Source: the human T2T-CHM13v2.0 reference genome, Homo sapiens. Taken from it: a stretch of 64,000 nucleotides of DNA. A program made the translations under genes and the position numbers. Numbering within the stretch: the stretch's first letter is position 1; each line of letters starts with the position of its first letter. The notes below the pieces were generated by a model. That model was not told where the DNA came from and did not search any database. It saw only the letters and a program-made list of their open reading frames with translations. The DNA lies in assembly GCF_009914755.1 (NCBI RefSeq), contig NC_060947.1; one strand, given 5' to 3'. Below, piece after piece: positions 54,331 through 64,000 of the stretch.

Positions 54331-56325
54331 TTTGTGTGGTTCCTTTGAATATAGTGTGTCTTCTCTTCTCTTCAGAAACCACATCAACAGTGCAACTCCA
54401 TGAGTTTTAGTGTGTATTCATTTTGAAAGTAGTGAAAATTTAAATGAATCAATGTGAATGTAAAATCCTTCTGGGTGTTGACACTATTTTTACTAAGATT
54501 TTAAACTTGTCTGAACCACATTAAATTTGATAGTATCTTTTTTCTAAAATAACTTGCTTCTAGAAGGTTTTTCCAAAGCATTATATTCAGTTACTATAGA
54601 AACAACCCCTTTTCATAAAGCTAATATAATTGATTAATTTAGATACAGTAATTACAAGAAGAACAGATGAAACAGGTTTTGGATCAAACGCAACTGACCC
54701 TTGGCAACACACAAATGAATAGTGGTGAGCTAAAGTATATGGGCAAAGTAGAGAATGGTCTGTTAGATACACAAGTGTGTATGTGCTGTGGTTATCAACC
54801 AAAAATTGAAAGATTTTACGGCAGGAAAGAGAAATATCAGTTAATCTAAAAGTTAAATAGGTAAAACAGAATATCTACATTGTTTTAGGTGTTGTACTTC
54901 TATCGTCAATTTTTAAAAATTACTTGTGTGTTTTTCTTCTGGTTTTTTATGATTTCCTTTCACACCTTTTTTTCTTATGTCTCATTCCTTCTTTAGGAGT
55001 TCACTTTTCTTTATGTTAGAGTAAAACTGTTTCTTTTTATTTTTGTTTTATTTTGTACATTTTCCTAGTTAGAGTTGCTTGGTCTTGTATATCTGCTGAA
55101 ATATTCTTCATTATATCTTCATTCTTGAATGACAGATTAGCTGAATATACAATTATATTTTGCGAGATATTTCCCTGCAGCATTTTGAAGGCATGTTTCT
55201 GTCTTCTGACATATACCGCCGTGAATGAGAAGTCTGCTGTCAGTCTGAGTGATGTTTCTTTGGAGCTAATCTCTTTTGATACTCTGCCTGTTTTTAAAAT
55301 TTTCCATGTGGATTTATTCTGCCATCTTGAAAATAAGTCTAGATTTTTTTATGTGTGCTGAAAGTTATAACCAAGTAGAAAAATAATAATAAACAAATTT
55401 GCTACTAAGATGTAACTGCTGTTAACATCTTGCCAACATTTTTATGCTTTTTATATTGTATCATAGTCAGGATCATACTGTACACACAATTGTATCTTAT
55501 ATTTTTTAGATGGTATAATAACATAAGGACTTTTAATGTTATTACTATTTTTTGTAAATACTATGTTAATACTGAGTAGTATTCTATCATAGGATATACT
55601 TTAATATATGTAACCTTTTTTCTATGTTTAGTATTCTCTGGTTTCTTGACTTTTTAATTTTATCAGTAATGTTTTAATAGCCAATTTTGCCTGTAAGTTA
55701 TTCGTTTTATCTCTAATTATTATTACTTTTTATTTCAATAGCTTTTGAGGTACAGGTGGTTGTTATTGATTATATGGGTGAGTTCTTAATGATTAATTCT
55801 GAGATTTTAGTGCACTCATCACCTGAGCAGTATACATTGTACCCAACATATAGTCTTTTGTCCCTCACTCCCCTCTCACTCTTCCCCTCTCAGTCCCCAG
55901 AGTCCATTATATCACTCTGTATGTCTTTGCATCCTCATAGCTTAGTTCCCACTTAAAAGTGAGAACATACAATTTTTGGTTTTCCGTTCCTGATTTACTT
56001 CATTTAGAATAATGGCTTCCAGCTCCTTCCAAGTTGCTGCAAAAGACATTATTTCATTCCTTTTTATGGCTGAGTAGCTTTCCATGATATATATATACCA
56101 CATTTTCTTTATCTGCCCATTGGTCTATGGGCACTTAGGTTGGTTCCATATCTTTGCAATTATGAATTGTGCTGCTATAAACAAGCATGTGCGTGTGTCT
56201 TTTTTATATAATGACTTCTTTTCCTTTGGGTAGATACCCATTAGTGGGATTGCTGGATCAAATGGTAGATCTACTTTTAGTTCTTTAAGGAATCTCTGTA
56301 TTGCTTTCCATAGTGGTTGTGCTAG

Positions 56326-56757
<432 letters not shown>

Positions 56758-58552
56758 TCATTGTGGTTTTAATTTGCATTTCCCTGATGATTAGTGATAT
56801 TGAGCATTTGTTTCATGTGTTTGTTGCTTGTTTGTATATCTTTGTTAAAAGAAAAACTTTAGCCCAATTAAATTTTTTAAAAGTTTAATTGAGGAAAGAA
56901 CAATTCCCAATTTGGGCAGCCTCCCAAGCCATAGTAGGCTCAGAGACTCCAGCACAGCCACCTGCTGGAAGAAGATTTATGGACATAAAAAGGAAAGTGA
57001 CATACAGAAAATGGAAGTGAGCTACAGAAACAGCTGAATTGGTTACAGCTCGGCATTTGCCTTGTTTGAATGTGGTTTAAATAGTTGGCCACCTCTGATT
57101 GGCCAAAACTTGGGGATTGGCACAAGAGTAGGCTACAGTTTGTTTACAAATCTGTTTAGGTTATAGTTCATGAGAAGTGTACAGCAAAATTTTTAGGCCA
57201 CAGTTAAAATATGTGGGGAGGCAGCTTTATGCTAAACTTGGCTTAACAATTTCTCCCTTTTGGTCATCCTCTAAATTTTGAGAAATTGGCCCAAAATGTA
57301 GTCACTGATGTCACTATCATCATTGTAAGTGTACTTATTTGGTCTTGAAGCCCATGGGGAAATAGCAGAACAGTGGGTTTTGTAAGGTGGGAACAAGGAC
57401 TTCATTTTAATTTTTTGTCAGGGTTAGAGTAGGAGGTACCCTCCTTATGCTGGAATATCCTGTTTACAGGAGGAAAACAAAACTCTGTCTGTTCTAGGAT
57501 CTATGTGTTCTCTTAAAGTCTTAGTTTGATCGTCACATTTAGTATAAGTGAGTCCATTTGGTTTTGTGTGGTCTGATGGGGCCTAGTGCATGAGCTCAGC
57601 TCAAAACAATGGCTTCCCATAATTTTCTTTAAAAATTTCCCCCTTTGGACAGGTTCTAGCTTAAGGGAGAGCGTGACCAAAACAGAGGGCCTTAGTGCTG
57701 CTCTCAGTTACCATCATTTTGAGTTTCCAGTCTCAGCACGTCATTCATAGGTTATGGTGACCTCATGGTCATACATTTCTTTCAGCTCTTGTTATTCCAG
57801 TTGAAGAGAGACCATTTGACATTCTAGAGATGGCTGTATTAAGAAATTGAAACCTTCTGAAAGAATATAGCATACCAGGGTGACTATTATTATGACTATC
57901 AGGAGGATAATATCAAGAGTTTGGAGTATGCTTCTCAGCCAGTGTCCACATAAACCAAACCAACTAAAATCAAAGTGATCAATGAATGAGTTAGATAAAG
58001 AGTCTACTTGCTTTAATTAAGCAGTTTCTTCATTAATATTCTATAACTGAATTTCTATAATAACCAATGTAATGTATTTCTCCATGGGCAACAAGGAGGG
58101 CCAGCAGCTGCATAGACACTTCTCTGTTTAACCAGTAAGTAATCTAGAGAGATTTTGTTATTTAACACAACTTTCATAATAGAATTCAAAATCTGTCATG
58201 TAAGCTTAGCCTTTACAGTAGAATCTGCTATAAAGCCTATCATGAGTGATACATTCCTAATTGTCTCATTTACTTCAACCCAAGGAAAAAGGACCTAGCA
58301 AATGATGCTCTTCTAGAATAGTGAAGACGTCCTGGCAGTGTTCTCTTTAACCATGATGTGGGTTAAGAGGAGTGGACTAATGTTCTGCTTCTGACTGATT
58401 ATCAGGCGTAATATGTACCATTATAATTTCTCACCTACATTGTGCCTTCATCTTCCATCTATCAAGGTATGTTTTCCATGTGTAAGGTTGGCTGCAAAAT
58501 TATTCACAAATAAAATTATACCCCATTAATGCACACAACAGACCCCCTTTTC

Positions 58553-59084
58553 TTTTTTTATTATTATTATACTTTAAGTTCTAGGGTACATATGCACAAT
58601 GTGCAGGTTGGTTACATATGTATACATGCGCCATGTTGGTGTGCTGCACCCATTAACTCATCATTTACATTAGGTATATCTCCTAATGCTATCCCTCCCC
58701 ACTCCCCCCACCCCACGACAGGCCCTGGTGTGTGACGTTCCCCGCCCTGTGTCCAAGTGTTCTCATTGTTCAATTCTCACCTATGAGTGAGAACATGCGG
58801 TGTTTGGTTTTTTGTCCGTGCGATAGTCTGCTGAGAATGATGGTTTCCAGCTTCATCCATGTCCCTACAAAGGACATGAACTCATCCCTTTTTTATGGCT
58901 GCATAGTATTCCATGGTGTGTATGTGCCACATTTTCTTAATCCAGTCTATCATTGTTGGACATTTGGGTTGGTTCCAAGTCTTTGCTATTGTGAATAGTG
59001 CCGCAATAAACATACGTGTGCATATGTCTTTATAGCAGCATGATTTATAATCCTTTGGGTATATACCCAGTAATGGGATGGCTG
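58553..59084 (-). mobile_element. L1PA (about PA3-PA5) 3' end inside MER57 internal region
   Basis: ttattatactttaagttctagggtaca...; exact 16-bp TSD AACAGACCCCCTTTTC at 58537-58552 and 59085-59100. Confidence 0.95.
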
Positions 59085-59724
59085 AACAGACCCCCTTTTC
59101 ATTTCTATTGTTCACACATGCATAAGCAAGAGGAAAAAATGGAAGATAAGAGTCTCAGGATAGTAGAGAAGTCTTGTTCTGTGATCTTGGGAAAAAGACG
59201 TCCACCTCCTGGATGCCATCTTCTTCTGGAGAGAAACTTCCCTGGTTAGGTTAACCTTAAGGTTTCCAATGGATATACAGTTCCAAGAGTGTGGAGGGAC
59301 CCTTCTGAGTTGTGAGACTATGAGCCTAAGGTTCAAGGTCCTGAAGTTTTCCAGCAGTGTGGATGGCAAGGGCAGTCTTTCTTGGATGTTCTCAGAAGAT
59401 CCAGCCTTTGGGTTCTAGAATGTGAAGGGGTTGATTGTCCTCAATCAGTGAATCATGAAAATTTTTCTTTGCTGGAGTAAATACAGTGTGGCATAATGAG
59501 CTACTGTTATAACAGCCCTCTTGCATGAGAAAGCTTTTATACAACCAGAAAAAAACCATTCATTTAAAATGACAATGGAATAGAATCTCTCTATAAATAT
59601 TTAAATAGCCCATCAGGTATTGGAATGTACTACCTGATTGTGGATAGGAGTTTTGATTGTCTGCTCGGGAATATGGTTTTAACAAACCAAACATTGGTCA
59701 TAAAATATTTTAGCAATTTAGAAG

Positions 59725-59728
<4 letters not shown>

Positions 59729-59788
<60 letters not shown>

Positions 59789-59853
59789 TACACACACACA
59801 TATATACACACATATATACATATACATACACACACATATACTCATATACATAT
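59729..59853. repeat. Compound (TA)n(CA)n microsatellite
   Basis: About 21 pure TA units followed by mixed CA/TA units. Confidence 0.95.
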
Positions 59854-60351
59854 GTTTAATTTAGATCATTTTATCTTCTCCATGATGAGTCATGGAATGG
59901 AGAACTTTCAATAAAAAGTTTTCGGGACTCAGAAAGGACAAGGCAACCATCAGGGTTCTACATGAGTCCACGCTTAACATTGGATTTATGTCCTCTCGAA
60001 TACCGGTTGTTTCTCCAATTTAGGTACATAGCACTGATAACTGATAGGTTATCATTAGGTAATTTGACTTAAAGCATGAAGTTCATTCAAACTGTATATT
60101 TAAACAATTTTAGTACTGACTGATCTAGCATGAAAATATGGCAAATTATTTCCTTGGAATTCAATTAATGTTTCTATTGCTTGGGTTAGCTGTTTTATAA
60201 ACCAGTAAGTCTTTTCATGAAAGTTCCAGGAATTCTTATCCAGTCCAAATTATGTGATTTCTAAAGTTATCAAAAACGTGTATTCAAAAGTGTTTCTCAG
60301 GATCCTTTCTGTCCTTTCATGAACCTTAAAGACACCATATTCTAGGATTCT

Positions 60352-62697
60352 AGGCAAGAACCATCTAGTCAAATTTAGGCATGGAAAGGCGAAAGACATC
60401 TGGTCGACCTTAGGCATGGGAAAGGGAGAGCCATTTGGTCAACCATAAGCATAGGAAGGCAAGAGACATCTGGGAGACCTTAGACATGGCAAAGGGAAAG
60501 CCATCAGCTCAGTCTCAGTCATAGAAAGAGAGCTATCTGGTCAATCTTAGGCATGGGAAGGCAAGAAACATCTGGTAGACCTTAGACAAGGCAAAGAGAG
60601 AGCCATCAGCTCAATCTCAGGCATGGAAAGGGGAGAGCCTTCTGATGAACCTTAGGCATGGGAAGGGAAGAGACCTCTGGTAGACCTTAGACGTGGCAAA
60701 GGGAGAACCATCAGATCAATCTGAGACATGGAAAGAGGAGAGCCATCTGGTCAACCTTAGGGATGGGAAGGCAAGAGACATCTGGTAGACCTCAGACATG
60801 GCAAGGAGAGAGCCATCAGCTCAATCTCAGGCATGGGAAGGGGAGAGCCTTCTGGTTAACCTTAGGCATGGGAAGGCAAGAGATATCTGAAAGAACTTAG
60901 ACATGGCACAGGTAGAGTCATCTTGTCAACTTTTGGCATGGGAAGGCGAGAGACATCTGGTCCACCTTAGACGTTGCAAGGGGACAGCCACCTCGTCAAC
61001 CTCAGATATGGGAAGGCGAGAGACATCTGGTCAACCTTAGACATTGCAAGGAGACAACCACCTGGTTGACCTCAGGCATGGGAAGGCAAGAGACAACTGG
61101 TCCACCTTAGACTTTGCAAGGGGATAGCCCCCTTGTCGACCTCAGGCATGGGAAGTCAAGAGATATATGGTCGAGCTCAGGCATGGGAATGCGAGAGACA
61201 TCTGGTCAACCATAGATATGGGAAGGTGAGAGAAATGTGGTAGACCTTCGTCATGGGAAGGGGAGAGACATCTGGTATGCTTAGATAGGGCAAGAGGCGA
61301 GCCATCTCATCGATCTTTGGCTTTGGGAGGCAAAAAATATGTGGTGGTTTTTCGATATGGCAACACGTGAGCCATCTTGTCAATCAGTGGCTTTGGAAGG
61401 TGAAAGACGTAGTAGTCTTTAGCCATGGCAAGGGGAGAGCCATCTGGTCAACCTTATGCACGGGAAGGTGAGAGACATCTGGTAGATCTCAGACATGGCA
61501 TGCAGAGAGCCAACTTGTCAACCTTTGGCATGGGAAAGAGAGAGACATCTGGTCGACCTTAGACATTGCAAGGGGACAGCCATCTGGTCTACCTCAGCCA
61601 TGGGAAGGCGAGAGATATCTGGTCGACCTTAGCCTTTTCAAGTGGACAGCCAGCTGGTCGACCTCAGGCATGGGAAGGGGAGAGACATATGGTCGACCTC
61701 AGTCGTGGGAAGGCGAGGCACATCTCGTCGACTTTAGACATTGCAAGGGAATAGCCACCTGGTCAATCTCAGGCATGGGAAGGCAAAAGACATCTGGTCG
61801 ACCTTAGACATTGCAAGGGGACAGCCACCTGGTCGACCTCAGGTATGAGATGGCGAGAGACATATGATAGATCTTTGACATGAGGAGGCCTGAGCTATCT
61901 GGTTGACCTTAGATATGGGAAGGTGAGAAACATCTCATAGACCTTAGTCAAGGGAAGGCGAGAGACATCTGGTCCACCTTAGACATTGCAAGGGTACAGC
62001 CACCTGGTCAACCTCAGGTATGGGAAGGCGAGAGACATCTGGTCCACCTTAGACATTGCAAGGAGACAGCCACCTGGTTGACCTCAGGCATGGGAAAGAG
62101 AGAGACATCTGGTCGACCTTAGACATTGCAAGGGGACAGCCACCTGGTGGACCTCAGGCATAGGAAGGCGAGAGACTTCTGGTCAACGTTAGACGTTGAA
62201 GGGGACAGCCACCTGGTCTACCTCAGGCATGGGAAGGCGAGAGACATCTGGTCGACCTTAGACATTGCAAGGGGATAGCCACCTGGTCGACCTCAGGTAT
62301 GGGTCAGCGAGAGACATATGGTAGATCTTTCACGTGAAAAGGCCTGAGCTATCTGGTTGACCTTAGATATGGGAAGGTGAGAGAAATCTGGTAGAACTTA
62401 GTCAAGGGAAGGCGAGAGACCTCTGGTCCACCTTAGACATTGCAAGAGGACAGCCACCTGGTCGACCTCAGGCATGGGGCGTCGAGAGACATATGGCCAA
62501 GCTCAGGCATGGGAAGGCGAGAGACATATGGTAGATCTTTGACGTGAGAAGGCCTGAACTATCTGGTCGACCTTAGATATGGGCAGGTGAGAGACATCTG
62601 GTAGACCTTAGTCAAAGGAAGGCGAGAGATATCTGGTCAACCTTAGACATTGCAAGGGGACAGCCACCTGGTTGACCTCAGGTGAGGGAAGACGAGA
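60352..62697. repeat. 35-bp monomer tandem array (~67 units) with higher-order structure
   Basis: Monomers such as agagacatctggtcgaccttagacattgcaagggg and acagccacctggtcgacctcaggcatgggaaggcg, each 35 nt, head to tail with no spacers. Confidence 0.95.
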
Positions 62698-64000
62698 AAC
62701 AAAAATTTGCGAATTGGGCAGCTTTCTGATCCAAAGTCGTCTTAGAGACTCCAGCACAGCTACATGGAGGAAAAACATTTATAGACAGAAAAAGGAAAGT
62801 GAGGTATAAAACTAGAACTGAAGTACAGAAACGACTGGATTGGTTATAGCTCAGTGTTTGCCTTATTTGAATATGGTTTGAATATGTGGCCACCTTCGGC
62901 CAAAACTCAGTGACTGGCACAAGAGTAGGCTACAGTCTGTTTTTAACTCTATTTAGGTATAGTTTACGATGTATAGAGAAACCTTTAGGCCAAACATAAA
63001 ATATGTAAGGAGGAAGCTTTAGGCTAAACTTGATTTAAATCTTCTTTTGAGGAATGTCTATTCACATCCTTTGGCCGCTTTTTGATGGGATTATTTGCTT
63101 TTTTTTTTTCTTGCTGATTTGAGTTCCTTGTAGACTCTGGATACTAGTCATTTTTTTTGGATGCATAATTTGCAAATATTTTCTCCTGCTCTGTGGGTAG
63201 TCTGTTTATTCTGATGATTATTTATTTTGCTATGCAGAAGCTTTTTGGTTTAATGAGGTCCCATTTATATTTGTTTTTGTTGCCTTTGCTTTTGGAGTCT
63301 TAGTCATGAATTCTTTGCCTAGGCCAATGTTCAGAAGAGATTTTCCAATATTATCTTCGGAGATTTTTATGGTTTAAGGTCTTAGATTTAAGTCTTTGAT
63401 CCACCTGGAGTTGATTTTTATGTACAGTGAGAGACGGAGATCCAGTTTTATTCTTCTACATGTGACATGTGGCTAGCCAGTTTTCCTAGCAGCATTTAAT
63501 GAATCGGGTGTCCTTTCTCCAATTTATGTTTTTTTAGGCTTTGTTGAAGATCAGTTGGCAATATGTATTTGGGTATATTTCTGGGTTCTCTATTCTGTTC
63601 TATTCGTCTAAGTGCCTATTTTTATAGCACTACAGTGCTGCTTTGGTAACTATACCCTTGTAGTACAATTTGAAGTTTGATAATGTGATTCCTCCAGATT
63701 TGTTCTTTTTGCTTAGTATTGCTTAGGCTTTATAGGCTTTTGTGGTTTTATATAAATTTTAGATTTTTTAAAAAACGAGGATGGTATTTTGATATAAATT
63801 TCATAAAATCTATAGATTGCTTTTGGCACTGTGGTCATTTTCACAATATTGATTCTTCCCATCCATGAGCATGAGATGTATTTCCATTTGTTTCTGTCAT
63901 CCATGTTTACTTTCAATAGTGTTTTGTAGTTTTCCTTGTAGATATCTTTCACCTCCTTGGTTAAGCATTTTCCTATATATTTTTATTTTTCGGCAGCTGT

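Larger units (their letters stand above)
56843..63039 (-). mobile_element. MER57 (A1/B1-like) ERV1 provirus: 3' LTR 56843-57248, internal 57249-60351, U5-truncated 5' LTR about 62694-63039
   Basis: Two homologous LTRs (agagactccagcacagc...ggcacaagagtaggctacag...gctaaacttg); polypurine tract next to 57248; 4-bp TSD TCTT at 56839-56842 and 63040-63043. Confidence 0.88.

Noticed and set aside
60352-62697. CRISPR-like array (35-bp units with a palindromic core)
   Set aside because: Units are contiguous homologous monomers with no unique spacers, there are no cas genes, and the context is primate.
60352-62697. Repeat-coded protein (mucin-like or zinc-finger-like)
   Set aside because: The 35-bp period is not a multiple of three and only 62-68 aa ORFs occur; there is no C2H2 pattern.

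Overview
This is primate genomic DNA, most likely human or another ape, given the AluY, young L1PA, THE1/MST, LTR10 and MER57 elements. It is AT-rich, intronic or intergenic in character, and dominated by nested transposable elements. I cannot support any protein-coding gene: the listed ORFs are short and are either repeat-derived (Alu, L1, HAL1, MaLR internal) or chance frames. Repeat family names come from my recall of consensus sequences, not from a search, so subfamily labels and the edges of old elements are approximate. Four structures stand out. (1) A ~2.3 kb array of 35-bp monomers with layered 2-mer, 3-mer and larger higher-order structure, which I do not recognise. It sits inside a MER57 provirus where the primer-binding site, leader and LTR U5 end should be (60352-62697). 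(2) A ~440-bp local inverted duplication that includes non-repeat flank (50161-50601 / 51517-51947). (3) An LTR10 solo LTR with four AP-1 sites in a 28-bp tandem repeat. (4) Several cleanly readable retrotransposition events: a twin-primed L1, a 57-bp orphan poly(A) insertion, closely spaced inverted Alus and multi-level nests.
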